Shown: positions 51,201 to 64,000, counted from the stretch's first letter. The stretch: DNA of 64,000 bases from Gnetum montanum (GCA_015680685.1 MNCI01002315.1:248001-312000), one strand, 5' to 3'. Notes: generated from the sequence alone by a model not told the origin. Made by a program: numbers and translations.

Positions 51201-54197
51201 GCTCAAGGGTGGTGCTGCTACCCAAGGTCCCAAACCCGATAGCACCTAGGTGCTTTTGATCCATCGGGGTCTTTAACATGTTGTTGCGTGTTTTCTCCAA
51301 ATTGTTGGTTAGGCGCCTTGCACCATTGATGGGGAAACTAGTTGGGGATCATCAGGTGGGGTTTGTTAAGGGCCATTACCTACAGGACCAGGTGTTGCTC
51401 TTGCAAGAGATCTTGCACTCAATTAAGGTGGCTAAATTTCTAGGCATGTGCATCAAGTTGGACATAACTAAGGCCTATGACACTGTGAGTTGGACAACAC
51501 TTAGGATGATGATGATGGAAAAGGGGTTTGATGCAAAGTTTGTCAATCTCTGCATGCAAATGCAATGAAGTGGTAGGTATTCCCTTAACATTGATGGGAG
51601 GCTCTATGGGTTCGTTGGAACAGGCTGTGGACTGAGGCAAGGGGATCCATTGTCACCACTCCTGTTTATCATGGTCATGGACTTGTTTAAAGGCTATTGC
51701 CTTGATGAAGGTGTTCAGGGACTACAAGTTGCTAGAGTGCATAGTGTGGTTGTCGACTACATGGATGATATGATGGTGTTTTCCAGGGTTTTCGTGCTAT
51801 AGGCTGTGGCCTTGTTACGAGCAATGGAGAGGATGCAGCGGGAGGTGGCCCCAGAAGTCAATCAAGGAAAATCCACCTTTTATTGCACCCACACGGAGGG
51901 AAGAGTGCAAGCTAGAATTATACAGATGTTGGGCATTCTATTGGGCCAAGCACATGACACTTATTTGGAAATGCCTATTTTTGATTTGAATATGTAGAGG
52001 ACTTGGTAGGGATTGGTAGAGTGGGTCCAGCAGCGGACCACGCTTTGGATAGGTTGCTTTTTGTCTAGGAAAGGAAAGATGGTGTTGGCCACGATGGTCG
52101 TGATGGCAATGGCCTGGTTTACAACATCCATGGCAACACCTCCGATCATAGTGGTGCACAAAATTGATTGCGTTGTGAGGGAGTTCGTGTGGTCAGGAGG
52201 AAAAGGGGGCAAGAAGATGCCCCTAGTGTCGTGGATGGTCACAGCGTGGTCCAAATTGGTAGGGGGTGTTGGTATTCTAGGGTTTGGAGATGAGATGGCA
52301 CTGAGCACACATCGATTGATGAATAGGTACATGGGGTGGGCTGAGGGGGCAGCGCCATGGGTGTAGATGCTACGGAAAAAATAGCATTAATGGGAGGCTC
52401 ATCCGAAGTGCTTCAAGCTCTGGAAGAATTTTGTTGCCATGTTGTTGTGGTGGAGCAGCTCAGATTGTTGGGGTAGCACCCAAAGGAGTTGGTTAAATTC
52501 AGAAACCTGCAGGAAGAGGAATGGACAACAAATTGGAAGGGATGTCTTCTTGAAAAGATCAAGGTGTTCGGATGGTTGCTGAAACATAGGGCGTTGCCAG
52601 TGAGGGCCACATTGAGAAAGAGAGGGATCCGTTTGGAAGCCAACTGTTCATGCTACTAGGAGGCATCTGAAACATTGCATCATCTGATTTTTGGTTGTAG
52701 GTTCTCTCAGGAAGTGTGGTTGGCCATAAATATATATCCCATTGAAGGTTTCGACGGGGACTCCTTGTAGCTTGCTACATTGTGGGTCTTGTGGAAACAC
52801 AAGAATTCTCTGATTTTTCGGGGACAGCTGCTTCGTACGGCCATGGTGGTGGTCAAAAAAGCCCGTGGGTTGTGGAAGGAGGCCATGGAGCAACACCTAC
52901 TTTTTGAACCATCATGGACAGAATTTTCTAGATTGTTGGAATTATGGGCATTGGTTGAACAGATGGTTTGGGTGGAGATGCTCAAGTGCATGGAGGGAGA
53001 GCCAAACCTGCCTACTCAGTAGTTCTACGACAACTGGGTGGGAGACACCACACAGTACAGGGGCAAGAGGATTGAAATTATGGTGTAGATGTTGGCTGTT
53101 GCACTAGGGGTGGACGTAGGGGAAATCGTGGCACTAGTTGCGAGGGCATAGGATGACGCAAGGGAGTTTTTCACAGGACACATTCTCAGGATTGCTAGTG
53201 GGTACATCTGGAAGTCAGGACTACAAGGGGTCTGGAGAGAGGCAACGCTCTTGGTGGAGCGATATTTTGTGCAATCCAGGTACCCTCACAAGTTGGTGGG
53301 GTTGCATTTTACTTTTCTCAAACATCTTCGGCAGGGCTCCCTAGTAAACCTGCCCTAGTTTTTCTGGGAATCTCTTCGTAGAAGGTGGTTGGGGAGCACC
53401 CTGGGATGATCCTCACGTTATGGCGTGGGGGTGTACTGATCGTTCAACTGATGCCAACGATTGTGTATCAAAGAAGGTGGCGCCAAGGGCAGTTTGCGAG
53501 GGAGCAAGCGTAGCACAATCGGGGCCTGAAGGTGGAGGGTACGGGAGCAGAAATGTCCATAGCCATGGAGGAATGACTGTTGGAAGAATGCAGCTTGGTG
53601 GCTAAGCAGGCGTGGTTGGAGGAGCGGGTGTGGTGGCAGCTCAGGTGGGAGAACATGCGGCAGGAGGCTCGAAAAGAAGTGAACAAGTCATGCTTGTAGG
53701 ACCTCAAGTGGATGGAGGCGGTGATATTAGAGCATTGGATGGGACTGGCGCAACTTAAAGCAGAGAACCAGCGATTGGCACTTGGGTTGGGATTGACTGG
53801 ATAGCAGATTGTAGTTGGCACAGATGGCTTTGAGACCTCAGTTGTGGCTAAGACTCTGGGGTCTGGGTCATGGTTCGCTGAGACTGTGGGGCGTAGTAGT
53901 TCTGGTTTGGATGCGGGTAGGTAGTGCTGCGGTCACATTGGTAAGGGAGGGGGTGTCTTGGGCATTTCGGGGTGTATACTTCATGTATGTACTCTAATTT
54001 TGGGAATTGGGGTGGAATCTTTGGGGTGAGGAGCTTGAGGCAGTGTAAGAGGGTTGCATGGTGCAGGCATGTAGGTGATCATGTGATACGTTGTAGGTGA
54101 CCTTGTGTCACGTGGATGGGTTGTGTCAACTCTTGTTGATGATTTTTGTGTATGTACATTATCTCTTTTTTGGAATAAAATTGCTTGATCATTTTCC
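48285..54197 (+). mobile_element. Near-full-length degenerate L1 LINE (ORF1 DUF4283; endonuclease, RT, zf-RVT)
   Basis: ILTWNCWS, LLGDFNQ, TWSNRR...SRIDRV, SDHHSI, PFRFERAW, KLDITKAYD, GLRQGDPLSP, YMDD, KIKVFGW...HLIFGC; AATAAA near the 3' end; candidate TSD AGAAAAAAAG (48275-48284 and 54198-54207). Confidence 0.9.
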
Positions 54198-54585
54198 AGA
54201 AAAAAAGTCATTATTTTTAATTTTGTTAATAGTCATATTTTTTCCTACATGTTTGGACATATGCAAATTTCAGTTGAGTGTGTACTTGTAGTTGTATCTT
54301 GAGTTGCAGTCACCATTCTGCTTAACTTGACTGCAACTTACATCATGAGTGATGATATTCCATGACAATTACTCGAGAAATTTTAGAGAATGCTATGACT
54401 GGCAATGTGGGTGGGTTGTTCTAACTTGAATTTTTCAGTTTAAAACATTGGTTGTTGTGACTTGAAGTTTCTTTTGATCAAATGGGGACCCGGATCTATA
54501 GTGTTTAGATCACCAACAAGATAATTCCATTTAGTAAAGAACAAACAAAACATCCTTGATAAATATATTAAATTGATTTAAGACA

Positions 54586-55790
54586 TTGACTTGGAAAAAT
54601 CATATGATAGAGTGCCTAAAGATATTATTTGGTGGGCATTGCGAAGGAAAAACATCCCTAATAAATATATTAAAGTGATTCAAGACATGTATGAAGGAGC
54701 TACCACTAAAATTAAAACAACTTGTGGAACATCTTATTTTCTAGTCACAGTAGGTAAGGTGCTTGTTTCTCAAGTTATACGACATGGGTTCGAGCCTCGG
54801 TGTAGATACTCAAAAGACGTTAAACTTTCACTCATTCACCTTCCTCTTAGGACCTCACCTTGTGGGATGAGCATTAAGCCTTTGGGTGATCATCTTTTTT
54901 TTAAATAGGTCTACAACAAGGGTTTGCGCTTAGCCCATACTTATTTGCCATTATTATGGATGAATTAACAAAAGGAAATACAAGATGAAATCCCTTGGTG
55001 CGTGCTATTTGTAGATGCTATTGTGTTGGTGGATATAGCTTGAGAAAATATTGCTTCTAAAATGGAGAGGGGGAGACATGCTTTAGAATCAATAGGTTTA
55101 AAAATTAGTAGAAATTAAACAAAATATATGGAATGCAATTTTAATAATAACATTAATGGTGGTGAAATACAAGTGACAATTTAAGGGAAAAAAGTCCATT
55201 GCAAATAGTTTCATTACCTAGGATTAATCCTCTAATCATATGGTGAAATTGATAGAGATATAAGAAAGGGTGGTCAAAATGGAGATAGGCTAGTGGTGTT
55301 TAATGTGTTAAAAGAATACCAATAAAATTGGAGCGAAAATTTTATAGGACAACAATCAGGCCTACTATCTTATATGGTGTTGAATGTTGGGTAGTGCAAA
55401 AGAGGCATGAACACCATATCTGTGGTAGAAATAAAAATGCTTCAATGGATGTTGAATGTCACTAGAAGAGATAAAATATATAATCTAGACATTAGAGGAA
55501 GAGTTGGAGTGGCTTTTATTTCAGATAATCTACAAGAATGACGACTTAGATGGTTTGGACATGTGCAAAAATGTTTAGACAATGAGCCTATAAACAAAGG
55601 TTGCTACATCATTGTTTCAAGAAAGCCACCAAAAGGAAGACCAAAGAAGATATAGGAAAAATGATCAAAGATGATTTGAAGAAACTACAAATAAATAAAG
55701 ATTTAGTTCTTCATAGAGGTGAATGGTGAAAAAGAACTTATATAGTTGGCCCCAGTTTATTGTGACAAGGCTAGGATGATGATAATGATG
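54586..55790 (+). mobile_element. 5'-truncated RTE LINE with (GAT)n tail
   Basis: DLEKSYDRVP, PWCVLFVDAIVL, FHYLG, IRPTILYGVECW, LRWFGHV; 3' end GGCCCCAGTTTATTGTGACAAGGCT followed by GATGATGAT. Confidence 0.9.
54756..54905 (+). mobile_element. tRNA-derived SINE with poly(T) tail inserted in the RTE
   Basis: Interrupts the VGL(Q)QG RT motif; box B GGTTCGAGCC; T8 tail; TAGGT duplicated at 54751-54755 and 54906-54910. Confidence 0.75.
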
Positions 55791-56149
55791 AAAGAAAACA
55801 ACATATAAACTACCATTCACATTTATATTCTAGAGGTATAATTAAACAACATTGTTCTAGTCATAATTCCTTTGAAATTTTGCAACATCCCTCTAAGGAG
55901 CCAAAGCAGCAACCAACATTGATGTCAAACTCTATCACTTTTGTTGAAAAAATCTGAATTAGTTCTATAATGATGTTCTATTTGAGACACAAAGTTGCCA
56001 ACCATTTTTTTTTCAAACAAAGCATATTTAATTTCTTCTATATGCCCAAGATTCCATCTTCCACAAGACCATTGTTGACATATAATATTCTAATTTAAAA
56101 CATGAAGTTTTTCTTCAAAGGAGTAGTCCAGAGAAAAGTTCTCTATTTG

Positions 56150-56520
56150 GAACACAAAATTGCTAAGCAGTCTTTCCTAACAAAGCATAATTAATGTTTT
56201 TTATATACCTATCATCTATTATGGAGTACCCATTTCTCATCTATCTCAATAGTAATCATGTTTGCATTTTTTAAAGTAGATGTACCTTGAAATGTGGATG
56301 CCAAACTATGTCAATTCCACCATATTGGCTTTGTGTTGCTTGGAAGACGTATCCCACCTCTGCAAAAATTTTTCTACACAAAACAATACCTTGTTCTTTG
56401 TTACCCTTGTTTCCTCAATGCACATTATATCAAAATTTTCAAACCACCACTAGTGATGAATGATGTCCTAATGCAACCCCTCATATTTTAACAAATGATC
56501 CTCATTTCAACATGGAGGGT
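56150..56520 (-). mobile_element. LINE endonuclease N-terminal remnant
   Basis: Minus strand MRIIC*NMRGC followed by DIMCIEET. Confidence 0.6.
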
Positions 56521-57131
56521 GAGGCTCTTCCATACCATTGTTGAGTGCATTCAAAACACACAATGGTGTGTGGAAGTTGATAGTAATTAATTTTTGGTTG
56601 AGTCCTTTGGCCAATATTTGTTGGTCTTATTTTGCCCAATGGGCCAATAGCAATGGTATAGGTGCGGCCTCTGCTATTGAGACTAGAAAATTATCATGCT
56701 CTCTCTTTGATCCAAACTATGTTTGAATGTCCCAAATTGGGGTAGGATCCTCTGCAGAATACACATTTTCAGTCTTTTCGTGAAGGTTAGGAATCCATCT
56801 CTTAAACCTTGGCTGCAAGTGCAGGACATGAGGACCATGCTAATCCACTTGTAGATCCACCATTCTTGCTATTTGTATAAATATGCATGTTAAGAGTTGT
56901 AGTATATGGATTGGCTTTCCACCACATAAAAAAGCCTATTGGCTGCACTGCAAAGGCAAGGAACCTAGTATGTTATAGATCAAAATCCACTTTTGGTATA
57001 GCAACCTAGTGACATCCCCATCCCAAAAAATATCTTTCCTATTCCATAGTTTGCATATGATAGCCTAGGGTTGAAAAAGCCAGTTAGCATTTGGGTATTT
57101 GTTTGCCTTCATTAGAAATGAGTTGCATTCA

Positions 57132-57912
57132 TGTTGGAAAAAATGAAGACAAATACAATAGTATTATTTGTTGTATTTTCTTTTATGTTTTTAAAAGGAT
57201 GTTGCATTTTAAATAATGATATGAAAAAAGGAGGTTAGTTTGTAAAGTGATGTTTATGTGGGGATGTGTTTTATCCCACATGTGTTAGAATTGGGATTTG
57301 GTCCTAATGTTTCCTTATAAATAGAAGGCTTGGGATAGCCTTTAAGGATGTGTTTTTGATGCGGAAGCGCTGTATTGAGGTTTCACCTTGGAGATGAGAG
57401 TCCTAGATTTGAGATCTGTTGAAGTAATAGATTGGGTGCTTGGAAAAGCTATAAGGATGACTTGTGTCCTTAAGATTTGAGCAGAATCGAAGGCGGATCA
57501 GCATTGTTGTGGAGGTAGGGTAAAAAGGGCTTGAACCACGTAAATCTTTGTGTTATTGTGCTATTTTCTTTCTTTGTTTTCATTATGCTTTTACAACAAA
57601 CGTTTGCTGGAGTTTACGATGGTTTTTTCAATGATTTACAGTGTCTATTTGATCTACTATAATGTGATATTTTTTGCCTTTAACGTTTTATTAAGATCTA
57701 CAATGTTCTAATAATTTCTCTAGAGCTTCTATTTTTAGATTTGATCTCTTGAGTGTTTTATTGAAACTATCGCTTCTGATTATAACAAGTGGTATTTGGG
57801 CTGGATCTAAAGAGATGGAGAGGCTGCAAACAACTGAAAGATTGGTAGGAAAGAACTAGAACATTTGGAGCATTTTGATAAAGGTCATTTTAGCACAAAA
57901 GGAGTGCCAGGA
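57132..57912 (+). mobile_element. Copia element 5' LTR, degenerate PBS and gag start, interrupted by family B copy 2
   Basis: TGTTGG...TAACA (57787; the 5' boundary is uncertain), TATAAATAG, AGTGGTAT PBS remnant, MERLQTTERLVGKN*NIWSILIKVILAQKEC from 57815. Confidence 0.65.
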
Positions 57913-60900
57913 TGTGAGAGATGTCCCAGAGTGGTGGTTCTCTTGGGCTCTCCCCATGGTACGGGGGCCATGGAACACTCTGAGGTGCCCTCGGGTGGCT
58001 CTCAAGTGTTACAAAACCCACCCTGGCTTGGTGGTACCAAGCTAGCAACAGGACACCCTCCTGTTGCAACTCTCTTCTAAGTTCTCTTCATTCCCCTCTT
58101 CTTCATGGAGAACTACATGGCCCTGATTCTACGGCGATCGTAGATATGTAGGTAGCCAAGACTAGATAGTTTTGGTGCGGTGCCAGGCCACACCTTGTAC
58201 TAGATCGTGAGGGATCTAGGGGTGAGGCACCTTCCCTTGTAGGTGCATCGTCTCCCCTCCCACCGATCTGGTCTACAAGGTTGTGTATGTGCTTGTTTGC
58301 TTGGTCCTCGTTTTGGAGTTTGGTTACCCTCAATGAGGTGTGTGGTGATGTACGTTAAGAAGCTGTGCTTCTGCTTGCACTCACTTGTGAGATGCTTGCT
58401 TGCTTGAGGCGTATTCCCTAGGTTTTCCGCCCCAGATCCATTGGATCTTCGTGAATTCCTTGGGGTGCCGGGCAACGTTGTTACAGATGGTATCGGAGCG
58501 TTTTTGAAATTGTGTTGTGAGATGGTTGTGCTCTTTGGTTGTGTTACTCCATTGAGCTTGTTTGGTTAATGGTCCCTCAGGATTGATACCTAGGTGATCT
58601 AGGGTCATATCCTTATGTATTTTGGAAGAGTTGCCTGATGGTAATGTTCTTTGCTCTTCTTGAGGGGACAAATGAGAAATTTTGAGCAACTGATGTATGT
58701 TGCTCTCTGTGGGGATATAAACGATGGCGTCGTGGTGATGTCCTCCACTTGTTTACTTGTGGTCAGACTAGTTGTGATTGTATGCAATATGGTTGAGAGG
58801 AGTTCTACTGGCAACTTAGGATTTTTGTTTCTCAAGGAGCTCCCATCTTAGGTCTCCAGTGATTCATCTAGGATGAATCGGACCGAGTCTCCGCTTCGGT
58901 TTCCACCTAGATGACATGTTTCAAAATGGCATTTGTTGAATCATGCAGGATATGATATCCTTGGCACTCCCACTCACCCTAGATATAGTGAGTATGGGAA
59001 AATACAAATGGCGACAAAATGGTTCCCAGGTACCTCAGGATGGAGGCCTTTCGGACATGTGCTCTTGGTGAGCCTTGTTCTGGGTGGACTAAGACCGTTG
59101 CCGGTAGACTTCATACGTTCATTCTTGCGATTGTATGTTTGTCTATTTGTGTATGCGTGTCTTCTTGGTTGTGCTTTCAAATTCTGCATGCGTGTTACCT
59201 TGGCCGTGTCTATTGTTCGTAATGCAAGGCTTAATGTTTTATGCGGTATGATGACGTATTGTTGGGAACATTGAGGATGTAGTGGTTGTTTGTGTCATCC
59301 CAAAGCCAAATGGTTGTTGTCTTGTTCGACAACTTCTTGTGCATGAGGCATGATTGCCCTTATGGTAGGTCCTTGCGAGTTGTGCTCCTTTGTTGAGCTG
59401 GTGGTGTTGCCCTTTGGGCTTGTGGCATCACTACTTTGATTGGTGACATTCTTGGTCACTCTAATTTGAAGACTACTGGTGTGGGTCATCCTATTGTTGG
59501 TTCTTGTTGAGACCACACCTCTTTTGATGAGAGTCTTCTTGTGAACGCATCCTTCGTGATGTTGCTTGTTGTTACGAGAATTGGTTTGATGTAGACTTGT
59601 TGTTGGATAGACCTTGGTCTTCCACCTTATTTTTGGGTTGAGATGACGATTGTCTATTGCCCATGACTCATACGATTGTGTTGAGATTTTGGTCCTGGTT
59701 GAGGCCAATGTTAGTTGCTGGGAATGATTGTTGTGTATGAATCTTGAAATTCTGAGAGTGTGCTATCTCTCTCTTGGTGTGCCTCATGATAAAATTGTTT
59801 GTTCGAGTGGGGATGTAATTGATCCATCAATGTTTTGCATGACTGATCTCTATGCATGTTGTTGAGATCTTGATTTTTATGATGTACAAGAGTGGGATGA
59901 CCTTGTTATATGATCATGCTTGATAGTTGTGTATGACGCTGATGTGCTGATCGTGTTCCTGCTAACTTCTATGTTTCTAAGCTTTTGTCTCAGTGTTTGC
60001 AGGTAGCACAGGTAAAAAGATGCAGCTAGTGATGACCTCAGTTGATTCTGTGAGCACTATGTCTATGGGGAAGATATGTGCTCCTGAGACCTTCATGAAC
60101 TGATTATTTGGTCTCAGAATCCCAACATTGGGTTGTGGATTTATCAGTACCTTGGCTGTGATGGATCAGCAGGTACCTTATGATTTGTTTGCCTCTCAGT
60201 TCTGGGGGAGCACTAACAGAGGATGGTGATCTGTCCTAGACCCTACAGATATTGGGCTAGCAGATGGCATGAAATGGTATCCTTGGCCATGCCAGATACT
60301 AATGGCCCAGAAGTGGCCAATGCAATGAGGTCCCACTATGGCAGGATGGTGGATACTCAATTGGCGTGTTTCGTTATTCGATCGTTGCATTCGTGTCTCG
60401 AATCGTTTTCGTTCGATGTTACCTGTGCAGTGGGTTCAGTGCGATGGTAGATCATGTATCTTTTGAGATAGTGGTGCAATGACAGATTATCGTTTATGCT
60501 TCATGATAGAGACAAGTTTTTCTCAAAATGGCATGGTTCTTTCATGGAATGCTCTTGGTGGCCTAAATCTTCCAGTCTAGGAAGGGCTTGGGTAGCTTGT
60601 CCTATAGCCTTTTAGGCATGGGTAGCATTCCCAAATACCATGTATGTTCCCATATATGAATGTAATCTGATCCTCGGGTGTGTGAAAGGTATCCTTGTGA
60701 TATTTTTGATTCGGTTGTATGTATTCAAAAGTGCTGGATGTATTGCCTATGTGACTCAGTTGTCTCTTGGTTGTAGGCCTATGCCACCCCCTGTGACAAG
60801 GCCAAGCTTGATTTATGGTGTTTTCCTGGTGCTTTTTTTAAAGCGCTCTTGTTATATGTTGTAAATGGCCTTTGTGCCTTGATGAATAATTTTGCTGAAA

Positions 60901-63900
60901 ACCTCATGAGAAATGCTTTAGTTGTGATACGGTGTTGTCACGAACAGACCAGGGCATGTCCTTGCCCATTATGCCCTTGAACTAGTGCCATGTGTTCTTG
61001 ATGATGTTGGCATGCCTGGATGGTGTGTGCTTGGTGAACATCCTTGTGACAGGAAAAATCTTGGGAGCACATTCTCTTGTGTTCCTAGACTGGCAAAGAT
61101 CTTGTCCACAGATGATCGATGGTGACTGAAATTCACATCAATGTGATGTCTAACGGTGGATTTGAGTAGAATTCTGGGTAGTGGCACCTAGACTTGCTCT
61201 TCCATGTTGGAGGCGATCGTGGAGCAGTTGTCCAAACGTTGGGATGATGGTCCATCCTTGAATATATGATGTTACAGATGTAGAAATTGTGATTTCTCTT
61301 GGTGGCCTTGCTTGGTGGGCTTGAATGTGCTCGAAACACTTGAGCTGATGCTTTCATGATTGGGGGTTTCCAATGATTTGTGCATGTTAGTGGGCTCTCG
61401 TGGCTAATTTCTTTTGGTGCTTTGGAGAGCCATGATGTGCTCTCATATATTGGGACTTATCGGTGCTTTCGTGGTTTATGGTGTGATTCCACAATAGGGG
61501 ACTCATTGTGCCTAATAGGCTATGATGTCTTGCTGAATTTTCCCGTGTACTCTGTCCCTTGTGTACACTGATGTATCACATAGTCCCTCCCTGATGTATC
61601 GTCCCATGTCTTTGGTGTGATGTTAATTCATGTTGGTGTTCTCACCTTCCTGGTGGGATAGCGAAGTTGATCATGAGGGATCATTCTCCATTTCAATGTA
61701 TGCCCTCTTCAGTTCCTGAAATAATAAGGCAGGTGGTATTGAGATAGTTGTCTCCTATAAGCAATTGATGTTGGGACTTATTCCTAGTTGTGGTTCTACG
61801 TTTGTGAACTTGTGGGGCTTGTTCTCAGAGACAAAATGTTGTTACCCTGGTGAAATTCATGAAACCTCCTTTGTGAGGTCGTGTTGTTGATGTAAATTAA
61901 AGATACATATTGCTCTTCGTGTAAGAAAGGCATGATCTTGTCTCTCTTAGTTTGGAGGCTTCCGAGGAACTTCTTTGTTGGGGTTCTCTAGTAGACCATC
62001 CTTATTGTAAATCCTTCGGGGATGAATCGTGTAGTGTTTTGAGTTGAAACTGATGTTGGTGAAGCCCATTCCATGTAAAACTATCTTGAGGACCCAATCC
62101 TCCCCCCCCAAAAATGTTGTTGTTGACTTGTGTCTGTTGTTTGGGTTGCATGACAATAGGTAGTGGTGTGGCCTTGTCCACCACAAATTGATGTAAACGG
62201 GCTTGACTGGGATGTATGAAACAAAACCCAGATCTCCCAAGATGAAACAGAAATCCCTGTTGATAAAATTTCAAGGGATGAATTGCTTGGTGTCTCGAGT
62301 TGTTCTCAAGGGGAAAATCGAAATTGGGTAAGACTTGTGAACCCATGTCTTCCCTCAACTGGTGATAGTTCCACGATATGGTTCGATTGGCTATATTGAC
62401 TACTTGGGCATGTATGATGGGTAAGGTGTAGCTGGGCTGCTATACTTACCTATGGAAGAAACCTCCCAAAGAGGATCCTTCCTGCAAGTGCAAAATCTAC
62501 TGAAAGGTGTTGATCTTGAGATTAGCAGTCGTTCTTGATATAGTGGGGAAATGCAAATTTTGAGAATGTTGATGTTCCTTGGAGATTTCATGATCTGGTT
62601 ACTCTCTGAGGTGACTCGATATTTGTTCCTGGACCTAGTGTTCAGAAAATGGTTCTTGTCCCATAACTTGGTGTGGGAAGGATAGCTTGCATGTGGCAAA
62701 GGTGGGTGATCCTTCTCCATGAGGGGGATATTATGGTTGCATTCGATGTTGTGCTTACGACTGATATGAGACAGGTGATGGAGGATTGTCATGGGGTTGG
62801 CTACCCAATTGACCCTCCCTTGTTCTAACATTCGAGTAGGCATTCTCGATGTTGGACAATCACAAGAGGTGTTGCTGATAGTTGGGGCTTGTTGTATGTT
62901 AGCTTCTTGGACAAATTTTTGGATCTTCTCTCTCGTTGGAATGATGGATGATGAATTGAGGCATGCGATGCTGGTGTCTGCAAATGGCAAGGTCAAGCTC
63001 AAAGATCTACTCTTGTACCTTGTTTGTAAGGGAGAACATGCTTAACTCCCTTCATACCAGCTTGAACAAACATGATGAGAAAAAGAGAATGCGCATGGTA
63101 CCAATGCACGTGGAATTAGTGCTTAGATGGTTGCACTGGTGAGACCCCATGGATCTCGATGCGGGTAGCAGAACTTGGAGTTCTGGCAAGCATGAGTTGC
63201 TTGCGGAGACATGGCTCTTTGGAGCATGTCCTCCCTCTCGGTGTGATGTTCCCAAGTCCCTCACCATGGGTAGTGGCCCTGGTGAGCCCTCAAAAAAAAT
63301 CAATGGGTGCTGAGATGCCATTCATAGAGGAACTCGGCAGGACTTGTAGAAGAGGAGCTATCTTCTTGCATAAGTGTGGGCTTACGCAAGAAGATATGTC
63401 TCTAGACCATTAGAAGGGACGGATCTAGGGGACGCCTTAGAGACGTTGGCCCTTTGGGTTGGACTCTCCTGCTCATATAGAGAAGGGAAGTCTTGGGCTT
63501 CCTTCAATTGCCCTTGTGTTTCATGCAAGGCATTGGATGGAAGGATGTATCAGGTGTTGGGGTTGGTACCTTCCTTCAAGCCTGGCGTCTAAGGAGTTGA
63601 TGGATCCCCAGAATTGACGGAGTTTCGAACCCATGTAGAAGTGTACACTCGAAGCTATCCTAGGCTCCGCTCCGAGGACGTCGCTTTTTTTTGTGTGGGG
63701 GAGGATTGTGAGAGATGTCCCAGAGTGGTGGTTCTCTTGGGCTCTCCCCATGGTTCGGGGACCATGGAACACTCTGAGGCGCCCTCGGGTGGCTCTCAAG
63801 TGTTACAAAACCCACCCCGGCTTGGTGGTACCAAGCTAGCAACAGGACACCCTCCTGTTGCAACTCTCTTCTAAGTCCTCTTCTCCGTGGAGAACTACAT

Positions 63901-64000
63901 GGCCCTGATTCTACGACGATCGTAGATATGTAGGTAGCCAAGACTAGATAGTTTTGGTGCGGTTCCAGGCCACACCTTGTACCAGATCGTGAGGGATCTG
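57913..64000 (+). mobile_element. Family B copy 2 (5' LTR 57913-58485, PBS 58488-58499, 3' LTR from 63707 running off the window)
   Basis: LTR repeat, TGGTATCGGAGC tRNA-Met PBS, PPT GGGGGAGGA, internal region collinear with copy 1. Confidence 0.93.

Noticed and set aside
54302-54340. 11-bp inverted repeat AGTTGCAGTCA/TGACTGCAACT, and a possible exon 10 nearby
   Set aside because: Isolated short hairpin with no TSD or second copy; translation does not match the expected exon and lacks a proper acceptor and frame
62400-63002. 200-aa minus-strand ORF in family B copy 2
   Set aside because: Broken by stops and frameshifts in the equivalent part of copy 1; no recognisable motif

Overview
Eukaryotic nuclear DNA from a land plant with a large, repeat-rich genome (inferred from gene structure, long TE-filled introns and Athila/Tat/chromovirus/Copia/L1/RTE content). 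The only host gene is a spliced nucleotide-sugar/phosphate translocator of the TPT/SLC35C2 (At1g06470-like) group on the + strand. Nine exons lie at 25563-39796, and the last exons must lie beyond the window. The gene looks pseudogenised: two stops and a frameshift in exon 1, three mutated splice dinucleotides, and an LTR element inserted exactly on the exon-9 donor. The rest is nested, decayed retroelements: Athila-like LTRs and elements, a Tat/Ogre-like gag, a CRM-like gag-protease, Copia remnants, L1 and RTE LINEs, and tRNA-derived SINEs. The most unusual object is a ~6.4-kb non-autonomous LTR family present twice (39801-47794 and 57913->64000). Its internal region is a collinear but unreadable relic of a Ty3/gypsy gag-pol, and its ~575-bp LTR is almost entirely made of consecutive hairpins. 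No CRISPR arrays, rRNA or intact tRNA genes were seen. All family assignments come from motifs recognised by eye, not from database searches.
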